A stretch of DNA of 64,000 bases from Conidiobolus incongruus B7586 (taxonomy: Eukaryota), in the NCBI GenBank assembly GCA_000697335.1, contig JNEM01013031.1, positions 1 through 64,000 of the forward strand, in the 5' to 3' direction. Both the position numbers and the translations under genes were made by a program. Of this stretch, positions 28,330 through 41,026 are shown one piece after another; position 1 is the first letter of the stretch; each line of letters opens with the position of its first letter. The notes beneath the pieces were generated by a model, which was given only the letters and a program-made list of their open reading frames with translations, was not told the origin of the DNA and searched no databases.

Positions 28330-29280
28330 TATCCAATAATGTTAAATTATTGTATTTATATTTGATATATATAATTTACTAAAAATTCCAAGATCATGAT
28401 TTTAGTGCATTTTCAGAAATGATATTAATCACTACACTCAATTATATTATTTCTATGAATGATACTGCCACGATTGGCAAATTTTAAAACTTGCATTGGT
28501 ACATGTAATTAATCGCCTAAATCTTCTTTTAGTATGTATAGTATATATTATATAATGTCCTCCAAACTATGAAACGCACTCTCTAATTTATGATTCATTT
28601 ATATTATCCACAGTTACAAAAAAATTAGTCTTATCCTACCTCGATTCTCCGGACTGCTCAAATTCTTACATAATGAACGGACCATCAAAGAACCCAAGAA
28701 TTGGGATCTTGTGGCATTCTTTAGAATATCAATTACTTGCCCAAATTTTATCTTATTGGGATTAAGCGCTATTGGGCATATGGAGATGTTGCAGCAATTA
28801 GTTTTTTATGAAAATTACCTAACGCTAAGTTGCACCATATTAATAAATCAGAAATAATATTTATTATATATTTATTTGGTTGCTTGAGCAATTTCCTTTC
28901 TCAATGTAATATTCATTTTACAAAAAAATGCTAATTTTATCATATCTATGATATTGATGATTGATGAGGAGCATCCAGAATTAAATGATAACATTAAACA
29001 GAAGAAGATTCTAACCAAATTCATTTACATATCTGTCTATTGTATCCTTCTAATCATTGATAATCGATTCTCTGTGGCATTTCACGTATTTGAGTAGATC
29101 TATTAGCAGTGTTTACTCTAACATCGTACTATCAGTACTGTATTATATACTCAGTTATGGACTCAAACATAATTTTTTATAATTAATGGACTCTATATCC
29201 CATTGATACACATCTTTGGATTGACAATAGAGAATTACTAAATTCATATTACTATTTTACAATTATGAAAGAATATTAAA
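28330..29280 (+). pseudogene. Relic paralogue of the intron-containing amino-acid transporter at 44830-46358
   Basis: Reads FSGLLKFLHNERTIKEPKNWD and YWAYGDVAAISF, versus FSGLLNFPHLERTMREPNNWD and YWAYGDVAAISF in the intact gene; also MNDTA and DEEHP. Many stops and indels. Confidence 0.82.
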
Positions 29281-31437
29281 TAATACACTTTATTAACTAA
29301 AATAATTCTGAATAAGTTTAAAAATCTAAAACACCTTTAATTTTCAAAAATGATTTTTCCTATTATAAACTATTAAATATACAAGATAGATAATTTTATC
29401 TATTAATTAAATAGCTCAAGGTTATTCCCTCCATTTTTAAACTAAACGATTTGCAATTTATGAAGTAATTAAAATAATATATCTTTGAATCTAAAACTTT
29501 AATTTTTGAAAATTGAGATATATTTAGAAATATATCTCAAAATTAAGATATTGAATTGTAAAGGATAAATATATATGTATATCTGCAATATGAATTAATT
29601 ATTTTAATTGATTAAAACATTTTATATTATATAAATATTATACTTTTTATTTTTGGTCGATTCAATTATTATTTTAATAATTAAATATTAATCTTTTTGA
29701 ATATATTTAAAAATATTAATTCAAATTTCAAGCTTAAGATTATTAATCAATATACCATTATATCAATATTGAGATATTTCAAATTTTGATTTTAATAAAT
29801 ATATGACATTATAGGAATAAGGTAACCTTTAAAGATAAATATTAAAATTTTGGTATATATAATAAATTAGATAAAAATTAAATTCAAAAAATATTTTAAT
29901 TTATCAATATTATATATATATATATGTTAACAATTAATATCCCTTAAAAAATTTCAGATTTATTAAATAGACAATAATATTTAAATGCTTCAACGAATAT
30001 GTGCATACATTCTTTGATAAATATTTAAACTTTTGATACCAATCTGAATTTAGTTCAATGGAATTCAATTGAGCACTTGTTATCATTAAGCAGAAATCCC
30101 ATTTAGATAATGCCACATATATATACACTTGATTTTTGTACAAATACATCAATCTCTAAAATTGAAATTTGATATTATATATTAAATATTTTGTTTTCTT
30201 TAATATAAAATGATTCAAATTTAATATTTAATATTTAATAGATAATATCATTAATCATATTATGACTTAATTAGAAAAATTACCGAAAGATAAGTAATGT
30301 GTAATATTATTAATATAAAATGGTACTTAAAATATAATTATAAAACAAATATTAATAAAATAATAAAAACTACTATCTATTAATATCAAAATCCACTTAA
30401 CTATTTAATATTTAAATAAAGAGAATGAATTATTATTTAATTCCTATATAGAGTAATTTAATTCACTATTCATAATTTTTTTGAGAAATTTTAAATTTGA
30501 AAATTTAGTATTAAAATAAAGTTGTACAATATATGGTTAATTCGGTGATTATTCTAATTTTATATTATTCTTCCTTCGAGATAAACCGATAATTTCTATA
30601 TTTAGATTAAATTTGAATTTTTTTATTAAGTTATTTGATATATTAATTATTTATTCATAGATTCTTAGTATTATTGAGTTTTATGGAATTTTTTGATCAT
30701 AGAGATAGCAGGTGTGCTTGAACTTTCAGAAGGAGAACTATCTAGATCATTTTACCTTACAAATTATTGATTTTTATAGTCGCTCTAATTATAATTCTAG
30801 ATTCAATATTAGTTTATTTAATCTTAATATTAAATTTACTTCATTATTTATTAATAATTAAAATTAATAAATAATTGAATTAATAACTGATTTTTATAAA
30901 AATTAAATTATTTTAATATGATCTCAATATAGCAAAATTATTTTATTGGAATTATTATAAAAAATTAGTTTTAGAAATCAAAAATCTAAATTTTATAAAA
31001 TTATTAATTAATATATTGTCAAAATGATGAATTATATAGTTATAATATAATTTTTAATAATTAACCCATCTTTAAAAAATTTAGATATATATAATATTTT
31101 GTTTTGAATATATCACCTACAGATTTAAAGGACGAATTAAACGAAAAATTTACAATGCTTTTATATTAAGTTACAAGTTGAATATGAATTCAAATTTCAA
31201 ACCTATTAGAATGGTTTTACACTTTGAAATTGTAATACTTAATAGAATACAATGGACTCAATAAATCAATCTGTAAGTTCAATTTTCTCTAGTCCTATAT
31301 ATATATATATATTTCCTTGTATCAGAAACACTATCCTATAATCTGAAATCTAATATCAAGCTTTATAATTTTACACCATTACATCTGATAAATGATTTTG
31401 AACTGGTTAAAATATAATAGAAAGTGGTTCTACCCCT

Positions 31438-31763
31438 TGATATCGGTAGGCAGGTGATAGGAAAGAAAGTGGCTTGCTTGCAATTTGTTTGGTAGTTTGG
31501 GCTAAGGTGTTTTATTAGAAATTGTTAAGGATTTAATAGGCTTCACAGAAGATCCAAGGTGATGATGATAATGTATTCCGACAGTGGCTCTTATAGGCAG
31601 ATTTTCGACCGTATGCAGTGTTAAGAAAAGTATTAAGTTTTTAAGAAAATCAGGTCTTGAAGTGATGTGACGGGTATTCGGATATTATATCTCCATAAAG
31701 AATAGGTTACGAGGTGAAGTTGGTCTGGCAGGTTACTATCTAGCTATTCACGATAGATAGTCA
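31438..31763 (-). mobile_element. LTR-like island
   Basis: G-rich ~325-bp island with TG...CA ends; minus-strand TATA-like (~31592) before AATAAA (~31513). No TSD or clear inverted ends. Confidence 0.3.
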
Positions 31764-32059
31764 ATATGCTAGATTTAAATATAATGGAAAGAATAAAATT
31801 CCAGAAGCAAATACGAATTTGAAAAAAAATAACTAGCGAATAAATGTAATAATTAAAAACAATTTAAATATTCAATATACAATTTAAGGTAAAACCTTAT
31901 AGCAATTTACGTCCACGATTCCAAGAAAATACGAATTAATCTATAATATACTTTCAAACTTTCATTTTTAAAAAAATTAAAATATTGAAATTGAACTTAT
32001 ATATTATATTCGTGAAATAGTAACCAATACTTAAAAAAATATTAGTACTTTAGTTATTT

Positions 32060-32750
32060 ATTAATTGAATAATCTACAGATGTTTATATCAAATTCAATA
32101 GAAATTTTATTTCTCATTTACTCAATTGTAGGGTTACTTTTCTTGATATTGTTGCAATATATTCTGAGAAAGGAAATAAGAAAAAAAAAGCTCACAGTGT
32201 ATGATTGTAGCTATGATTGCTGTTTTAGTTGATTGTATCGCTAACGAAGATTTAATATTTCGAGATATTATAAAATTACATTATAACTTCCATGCTGGAA
32301 ACTCTTGCTTGTTTGTTTAGGTCAATTTTGCACAGTTCTCTTTGGTTTATTCTAGTTACGTTCTAAGTATTGTAAGAATTAAGAGAATGTTATTAATCTT
32401 ATTTAAAGTTTCATATTGTATTTTGAATATTTTATGTAATGGTTTTATATTTCATCATTTTGTTATAAATTCTGTATCATATTATGGATATAGCACCATC
32501 ACGGATAGAATTATTCTATATTACCCAATTAACTCCAGAATCAAAACCCTTTTCTATCACTGTTATTTTCAATAATATAATAAACATTGTCTTTAAACCT
32601 TTTATTCCTTATACCTTAAATTATTATATATTCAGGGAAATTTGATTGTTGGATCTGCGAATTGATTACCTGTGAAAAGAGCTGGACAATAGAATATATC
32701 GCAACATTATTATCTAACATTTCTATGATTAAAAGTTGATTGAAAGAATT
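32060..32750 (+). pseudogene. Possible relic of a multi-pass membrane (7TM/GPCR-like) gene
   Basis: Broken hydrophobic segments IVAMIAVLVDCIAN, LACLFRSILHSSLWF, VLSIVRIKRMLLILF (like TM3 xxERxLLI). Stops and frameshifts throughout. Confidence 0.25.
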
Positions 32751-35526
32751 ATATAAGAATAATTAAGTCAAAATAGATCTTATACAAACAACCAATATTT
32801 GCATATATATATATATATATCAATATTTAAGAATTAATAGTTTGAATAATATGGAGTGAAATAAAAACTATACTAATTTATCAATCTACAGAGTATTATG
32901 AAAGTATATATATATACATATATTATATCTATGCTTATTCAATAATATGATTATACGAATTACATTATTTTACAATATATCAATGTAATTTCATTTTATA
33001 AATTTGTAATTCTTTATTGAAAATATAGTCCAGTTATTGTACACCCTACTTCAGAAATTCCACGTAATTTTTTAATGAAAACCAGGGTTAGAGTTATATT
33101 ATCAATTAAAAAGAAAATTCTTAATTCACAATTCATAATTATTGTGAAATTTTTTTTAGAAATATAAAAAATAAATATAGATGAGATTTTATTGTATAAA
33201 ATTAAATTAATTATATTTTTATATTCATTTAAATATCATTTATTATTAAATATATTAATTTGTGTGTTTTCAAGCTTCATACTCAAGTAGTTTAAACTAT
33301 TATTATTAATTTTAAAATAGATGGGAAAATATGAGAATATAAAAAATAACATAATATTCTTTACCAATACTGAATTATTTTTAATGCATTTATTAATATC
33401 ACTTACAGTCTGTATAATTTAATCTATATCTTTGATAAAAAAATATTCACATCATTCAATTATTATTTTTCAAACTTGCATTAATGGGGTTTATATACTC
33501 ACATTGTTAAATTTATATAATCAAAATGGTATTAAAAGTTTGACATTATATTAATTAACATGTTAAAAACAATATACACTAATTAATTTATCATTATTAT
33601 TTTAAACTATACACTGTTATTAATTTGATATTAATTAATAATTTTAGAAAATGAAAATTTTGAAATAAGTATATATGAAATAATAAAATATTATACTATA
33701 TAATAAGTGAGATATAATTTAATTTTATATTAATAAAACAATAAAATTTTAGTTTATAATATTTAAATTTTAAATTGGATAATCCTTATTCTCAGAATTA
33801 GGAATTTTATTTTAATTATTAAACTAAAACTAAAAAATAATATAAAAATTTTTTTAATAATTTATAAATTTATAAAAAAATAAGTATTAATTCAAATATA
33901 AAGATATAGTAATATTTTTATATTGAAAATTTCTAAAACAGATTTATTGAATTAAAATAATTATTTATTCTAATATATTAATTGATTAATGATAATAATT
34001 TTATTAATTTTATAATCGGATATTGGTTAGCGATATATTTTAATACACCAATATTTTCAAGTATTGTACTAAATTAAATGATGTAATAATAAGTTAAAAC
34101 TTTTGATATTATTCTTCAAGTGAATAAATAGATAATTACAGTAATTCCAAACTCAAGTTTGTACACTTAATACATAAGATGATATATTATTGCCTTGGTT
34201 ACAGTAGATTTATAAACAGTATTTTGTATTTGGAATTTAAGGATTGAATTTCAACTAAAATTATTAATTCAAAAAATATCAAGAATTTGATGAAAAATTA
34301 AGGGGTAGAATAATATTAACTTTCGAATTATTTTGTAAGCTGTTAAATTATTCCAATCCAGCAAATGGTTAAAATTGATATTAAAATTAAATTATTATTT
34401 CAATACTACTATAATATTCTATTATTAAAATTCCCTCATAAAGGACATAATTACAAAAATGTAAATGCTTTACTAATATTATTACCAATTTAAGTATAAT
34501 TAAAAATTGATATGAATTTTTAATGTACCACTTTTAGAAAAGATATGCATTATTATTTGATGGATGGGTAAATAGATGGAAGTTTGGATTTTATCCAAGT
34601 TGTAGTATGACGTTAATTATGTATTCTTTCAATTATTAAACTATTCAATTTATAGTCAATTCAATTAAGCTTTCAAAGTCATCACTATATTTTCATATAT
34701 AAAAATTATATCCATAATAAATAAATTATAAATTCTTATGAATTAAATACCTCACTTTGAAAAAAAAATGACAAAAGCAAAAAAAATCCGCGATTACAAT
34801 TTTAGAAAATTACTAAAATAATAAATGATCTAATCATTAAAAAGATCTATAATAGTCATTCTGGTATACTTCACTGAGTTTGATATTTTTTAATTAATAT
34901 TAAAGCATATAATGATAAACAAAATTCTAAACTCATGTTAAAAACTATATAATAAAGGTATCAGCTAATTAACTAAATACTCTTGAAATAACAATTTTAA
35001 TTAAAATAGATATTACTTTGAACTTCTATTAAATTGATTCGGTTAATAACCTAGATCATACAATTATGGAAGAGAGTGATTGGATCAAAAATTAATATGA
35101 ATTTGTGACACTTTACAATATAAATAGGTATTGTACTTTCAACTGATAGCAATCGTGCAAATATTACTAAGAATCAATTCTGATGATAAAAAAATTGAAA
35201 TGAAACTAGAAATTTTCAAATAAAATGAACTTGATTTTTTTTTAATTATATTTTAATAGAATTCGACCAATGGACCAATAGATAAGATGCTCACAAGATT
35301 TTAAGGATGAATTTGGTTAATAGCTGGATATTCAATTTTCTCATGCAATTGAAATCCATCATGAATGTTTCAATTCAAGTTAGGCGTGTGGTAGTAAAGT
35401 TTGATGAACGAAATCATATAAATAACACGTTGAACGCTTTCTCAGTCATAAAATCCTCTCATTTAATCGCTGTCAACACTGATTTGGCTAGCGATCCCCC
35501 ATTTTGCATAATCATATCTATTTATC

Positions 35527-36810
35527 ATGTCCGCTACTGTTGAAAAGGAGCCCATTCCCAGCCAAGAAGCTGTCCACGCTACCGGTATTGAGGTAGACGA
35601 TAATTCAAATCGCCACGGCTCTTACTTCGGTGCTTATTTCAATATCGTTTGTTTGATCGCTGGTGCGGGTGTACTCTCACTTCCCAAAACCCTCGCCGAA
35701 GGTGGCTGGATCTCTGTTCTTTTCTTGTTTTTGTCAGCCGCTATGAGTACCTATTCTGGAAAATTACTCATTGAATGCCACTACTACAAACCCGGCTACC
35801 GTCTCGTCAACTTCCCCGATGTTGGTGAAGCTGCTTTCGGCAAAACTGGCAAAATTATAGTCAGAGTGTTTTATTTTACATTAATGTTGGGTGTAGGCTG
35901 TATTTTCGTGATTTTAATGGGTAACTTCTTGGAATATCTACTTAAATTTGCTGTACCTTCAATGAATCGTAAACTTTGGTCACTTGTTGGTGGCGCTATC
36001 ATGTTGGTTCCCTTGGTCACTCTTAAAACCATGAAGGAAATTGCCATTCTCAGTGCTTTCGGTGTTTTTGCCACTTTCCTCGTCATCATTGTTGCTTCGG
36101 TCCTTGGGTTGATGGATTTGAGTAATCAAACAGTTGCTGCTGTGCATGATGTTGTGATCTGGAAAGGTCTTCCATCATCCCTTGCCACTATTTCTTTCTC
36201 ATTCGGTGGTAATGTCATCTATTCTCATGTTGAACGTGTTATGAAGCAGCCCAAGCGTTTCAACTCTGTGTTGACTATGGCTATGAGCAGTGTTTGTGGC
36301 GCTTACCTCATTATCGCTGTCATTGGCTATTACGTCTACGGTAAAGATGTCAGATCACCCATTTTAGAAAGTTTGCCCAATACTTGGCCCAATCTCATGT
36401 GCATGGCTGTCATGATCTTCCACTTGTTCGCCGCTGCTCCCCTCATTTTATGCTCCCTGAGTCTCGAAATTGAATCTATTCTCAAGATCTCACCCCAGTA
36501 CATGTCCAAATCCAAGGAAATCTTATCTAGATTCCTGTTACGTCTTGGTATCGGTGCTCTCGTCCTCATCATCGCCTACTTCATCCCTTACTTCGCCGAA
36601 GTCATGGATTTGGTCTCCGCTCTCACCAACTGTATGACAGTCTACTTCCTCCCAGTCATCTGCCACCTCAAGTTATTCGGCTGGAGACAGCGCAACTTCC
36701 TCACTCTCTTCTGGATCTTCATTGTGATGGCTTGTGGTGTCATCGGCTGTGTTATGGGTACTTGGAACGGTGTCGAAAACCTCATCAAAGCTTTCTCTGC
36801 TGACGCTTAA
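35527..36810 (+). CDS. Amino acid/auxin permease (AAAP, Aa_trans; AVT1-like) transporter, intronless, 427 aa
   Basis: AYFNIVCLIAGAGVLSLP, FPDVGEAAFG, SFSFGGNVIY..VER.MKQP, GYYVYG, IPYFAEVMDLV; about 11 hydrophobic segments. Confidence 0.93.
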   Translation: MSATVEKEPIPSQEAVHATGIEVDDNSNRHGSYFGAYFNIVCLIAGAGVLSLPKTLAEGGWISVLFLFLSAAMSTYSGKLLIECHYYKPGYRLVNFPDVGEAAFGKTGKIIVRVFYFTLMLGVGCIFVILMGNFLEYLLKFAVPSMNRKLWSLVGGAIMLVPLVTLKTMKEIAILSAFGVFATFLVIIVASVLGLMDLSNQTVAAVHDVVIWKGLPSSLATISFSFGGNVIYSHVERVMKQPKRFNSVLTMAMSSVCGAYLIIAVIGYYVYGKDVRSPILESLPNTWPNLMCMAVMIFHLFAAAPLILCSLSLEIESILKISPQYMSKSKEILSRFLLRLGIGALVLIIAYFIPYFAEVMDLVSALTNCMTVYFLPVICHLKLFGWRQRNFLTLFWIFIVMACGVIGCVMGTWNGVENLIKAFSADA

Positions 36811-37853
36811 TTAACCATGTCATCATCAATAATGATGTACTATAACAATTGTATTTATAATTTATTAACTTAATAATAAAGTCTTCAAAATATTTAATCT
36901 CAATTTAAATGATATAATTTTCTTGACCTTTTAGTCTAACATGAATTTTTATTTTTAAATCAAAATTTTTATCTTTAATTGGTTATCTAAAGAATTTGTT
37001 TTATTCTTACGAATTTAAAATGGATTCTTTGGATTTTTTTTTATTTGGTGATTTTTGTCACATTACACTTAATAATTTTATTATTATTTGGTAATTATAG
37101 TATTGATAACTACGACATATTACTAATCATGTTAACTAGTGTACTTAGTAATATGTGTAAATTAAAGATTGAATTTTATTGATTTTGAATTTGCCAAAAT
37201 AAATAAATTAATAAATGTTAAATATTAACTTGATTTTGTACATTTTTATATTAATATCAATTTAAAAATTTATTTGATAAATTGATTTTGGATTTTAGAT
37301 TAACCAATATATAATCTAATAAAAGAATTTGATTTAATATTTAATAGTTAAATCTATTAAAAATCAACTTTTGATAAACAGTAACGAATAGGAATTTCTT
37401 ATAACCCTCACTCAAGGAATAGTAGCATCTCAAAGGCTTGCCTATCAATGACATACCCTGTATCTGCCCCTCTGTCTCGAGCTCCATCGCATGTGATAGG
37501 CTTGACTGCTCTGTGAAGATCGACTAACCTCCAAGTCACTTTTCTTTCAAGGTGGGAGCCCACACTTTGTATGCCTGTGTCCTCTGGTTCTTTCTCGTTT
37601 TAAGATGACCATCTCATAACTGTAAGTTTTTCCTACATTTGTTTTATATGCTCCTTTAGCAAGAAATTAAGTGAATAGAGTCATGTCCCAGGAATTACTA
37701 CGGTTATCCATTTGGATGAACTAGAAATATACGATATGTTATATAACTATTACGTATACTTGGTATTTTCTAAATGACATGGAGGTTTTATTATGTCATT
37801 CCATAAGTTGTCTAATAAATCTTTTTCAAATAAAAACAGTAACAAATTACAAT

Positions 37854-38189
37854 TAATAACACGTCTTGGGAATGCCGTGTCCAGAGCAGTTTAGATAAAA
37901 GAGAGAGATCTGGGGAACTCCAGGTAAGCGTTAGGGAGTTAGGGAGTTTATTGGTTTAAGTCAAATAGCTGGGAGGACCCAGATCGAGCCTCTTCTTGTT
38001 GAGGATAGCTCTAATCCCGGGTTTTATATAGAGTGAGTTGGGTAAAGTGGTTCATGAGATTCTCCAATGACTTGCAGCATCGGCCAGTTAAAGGATAGAG
38101 TGGGAGCAGATGGTATGCGAGGGAGAAATGACTAACATTAGATTGATGTAAGAAAACTTGGGTAGAACGGAGTCACCTGGCACGTGATA
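37854..38189 (-). mobile_element. Putative solo LTR just upstream of the PPR gene (another GC-rich island lies at ~37380-37720)
   Basis: GC-rich ~335 bp with minus-strand TATATAAAA (~38030) then AATAAA (~37952). Degenerate inverted ends (TAATAACACG...CACGTGATA). Confidence 0.42.
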
Positions 38190-38232
38190 ATAAAAATAAG
38201 ATTATATATGATCATAAATAAATTAACATAAA

Positions 38233-39346
38233 ATGAATAGAATGTTAAGATCTAATACAATTCATTTTAACTCTTGGACAACTTTTAAAAGATATCTTCA
38301 TCAACCCACTTTGATCCAAGTTCCTAATGCTCAACCATCCTTAACCCTGTCAACCACTCATACTGACTTCACTAACTCCAAAACACTTTTACATGAGCGC
38401 ATAATTAAACTACTATTGTTTAATTCGCTGGATACTGCATTCGATCTTCTAGAAGCACACTCATTACATCTTAATCCTCGAATGGGCGCTCCAGCACTAT
38501 TACTAATAGGTCGATTTTGCCTCAAAACTCCGAGCAAAAAGCCTAGAAGTAAATTAAAACCCGAAGCCTATGACAGAATCCTAAAATTAATTGAGTATTC
38601 CAAAACCTTCAAATTGAACTGTCAGGCTAAACCTTACAAATATTTAATGAAAGCTTATCCAAAATTACCTCCAAATTTGAAGTCAGAAAGTCCACCTGCT
38701 AAAGATCTAGAAGATTTGGAGAGCTGCCACTATATCTTGAGGAGAATGGTTTCAAGTCGGCAGTATCGCAAAGCATCTCGCCTATTTCGCAAGTTGAGGA
38801 AAGGTAAATTGGGATTTGCTCCGAATGCCACTGAAATGGCTTCATTATATGCCAAAATGTCGAATCACGCCAACTCCCGTCATTTACCACTAGATCATTC
38901 TGCTACTCGCGAGATGTGGCGAGAAGGACCAAGCACTCATGTATCTAGAACAAATGAAATGAAAATACAAACTAATTCCCCTCAAGTACACTTATCAAGC
39001 ATTAATCCTCCACTTTATTGGCCACAACTCTCAAAATCCAGTTATACCCCAACTCAAACAAGAGTTTTTGGCCGAATACACAATCCTAACGATAAACTAC
39101 TTCATCCAACTAGTGAAATTACATCTGAGACACAAAGACTACAAAATTTTGAAGCAAACCCTCAACGAAATGTACCTTAATTACCCGTTCAATAATTACT
39201 TCTCTATAGTGAAAATCATATTAATTCTCTCGTTGGAGAATGGTATGAGAGTTGAAGCAAAATTTCTGTTTCAAGATGAGATTTACAAAGGGTTTATGAT
39301 CCCGGATTATTTGGGTCCTAAAGTGAATGAATTATTAGATATTTAA
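38233..39346 (+). pseudogene. Disrupted mitochondrial pentatricopeptide-repeat (PPR) protein gene
   Basis: Presequence-like N-terminus and PPR-like HYILRRMVSSRQYRKASRLFRKLRKGKLGFAPNAT. The frame switches at ~38831 to LKWLHYMPKCRITPTPVIYH*IILLLARCGEKDQALMYLEQMK*KYKLIPLKYTYQALI, continuing into ORF 39068-39346. Stops at 38891 (TAG) and 38960 (TGA). Confidence 0.72.
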
Positions 39347-39437
39347 ATTTTTAACTAAAATAAAGTTCTATTTCAAAAATCGTGAATATTTCAAATAAAA
39401 TAAAAATAAATTTAAAAATAATAAAAAGAATCGAAAA

Positions 39438-39521
39438 TGCTGACAGTGAGGTTCGAACTCACGCCCCGTTACCGGGAGGGGATCTTAAGTCACCCGCCTT
39501 GGACCACTCGGCCATATCAGC
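39438..39521 (-). tRNA. tRNA-Leu, anticodon UAA, intronless, long variable arm
   Basis: Acceptor GCTGATA/TGTCAGC, D-arm GCC-GAGTGGTCCAA-GGC, loop CT-TAA-GA, variable arm CCCG-GTAA-CGGG, T-arm GTGAG-TTCGAAC-CTCAC, followed by T runs. Confidence 0.93.
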
Positions 39522-40026
39522 ATGTTTAATGAATTTAATTAACATTGAAACAGCATTTAATTAGAATTTTCAATTGTTACATATACCCATTAATTTTCGC
39601 AACATCCATTTCTCTTTCCTTTTTGTCCTTTTATTCATTTTTATATTTTTATTCATTTATTATCAATTTCTGATATATTTATTATCCATAAATCCTTACA
39701 TAGTTCATTTTTTAATTCTTCCTTTTTTCCTTATCATATCCTCTTAAATATTTTTTTTATTTTAATTATATTAAATAATATTATATTTTCTTTTTCCAAT
39801 TTGTCTTAATAGATATGATTTATCCTGAATTGCAAGATAATTCATAAATCCCACAATTTGAATCAATTCAAATTTTATTTAAGTAATTTTATCAGTTTCT
39901 AATAGTTAATAATAATAATCAATAGATTCATTTTTTTAAGTTAATGTAAAAAAATATATTATGAAAATAATTCAAATTTAATCACCAATTTTTCCTTTGA
40001 ATATAGTCAATAACTCATATTCTAAA

Positions 40027-40396
40027 ATGAGTCAAGTTGTTAATCCAGCTCGCAGACTAGCGCTCGACAAAATTATCAGTAATATTTTCAAGCTCAAAAT
40101 CCCCACTATTGAGCGCGACGGTTCCAAATACTTAAAACCATTAATCGGTCCCAAAATATTGAATTATTATCCTGAACGTTTCGATTTACCTAAAATTCGT
40201 CATGAATTGAGAGGGGTTGAAATGGATAAAATTACCGAGGAAGAAGGTTATAGAATTTGGATCGCTGACTCTAGAAGACGTAGAGGTAAAGGTGCTCCCA
40301 AAAAGTGTAAGTGAAATAATTCTCTATACCGTTATATTCTATATTAATATTATTTTTTTTATAGGCAAAGAAAAGAGAGCCTCAAGAAAGAAATAA
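40027..40396 (+). CDS. RSM27: Mitochondrial small ribosomal subunit protein mS33 (Rsm27); exons 40027-40306 and 40365-40396
   Basis: IISNIF...RDGSKYLKPLIGPKILNYYP and RRRRGKGAPKK motifs. GTAAGT...TAG intron 40307-40364 gives the tail CKEKRASRKK*. Confidence 0.85.
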
Positions 40397-41026
40397 GTAT
40401 CAAGCTAATAAAATCGTACAATATCTATTTATATCAATTGTTTTATTTTAATACTCATATTTATAATTGATAATATAAATACTATATTATTATTAGATCT
40501 AATTCTATTTTGGTGCACTTTGTCCAGTTGAAATTACAGGTTAAAAGTTTAATAATAACCACAAATAATAATACAAGAATAGATTCTATATATCTATGTC
40601 ACATTATATAAATCTGAGATTCAGATAATGTCGAAATATCAATATATCAATATGTATATTAATATTTGATCGAAATATGCAACAATATTAACTTAATTTT
40701 ATTGATCTTTCTTCATTACTGATAAAATCGATTTAGATATTAAACTATAGGTAACGAATATTTAATGTACCTTTTGATGTATTTGTTCAAATTTTTTAGA
40801 AAATATTAATTATAATTTAATATTAAAAATCAAAAATTTAAATTCGATAAATTTCTATCTCCTTATACTATTCAAAAACCTAATATAAATTATGATTTCA
40901 GTAATCATCACTTAAAATTAATTTCCCACAATGACAATTCAATATTTAAAATAATAATGTCATCAATAATTAAAATATTATATTAATTAATTTGTTAATT
41001 AAATCAATAAATAGTATTAATAAAAG

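Noticed and set aside
29513..29540. Perfect 13-bp-arm hairpin TTGAGATATATTT-AG-AAATATATCTCAA
   Set aside because: AT-rich, single occurrence, no Helitron CTRR end or partner; plausible by chance or slippage.
37931..37947. TTAGGG-like units (TTAGGGAG x2)
   Set aside because: Only two units inside an LTR-like island; not a telomeric array.
38891..38962. Stop-codon reassignment (alternative genetic code)
   Set aside because: Intact genes here have no internal TAG or TGA, and the other premature stops are explained by frameshifts.
38831..39180. C-terminal third of the 315-aa ORF as a real protein
   Set aside because: Off-frame read-through after a deletion; the PPR-like signal is in the other frame.
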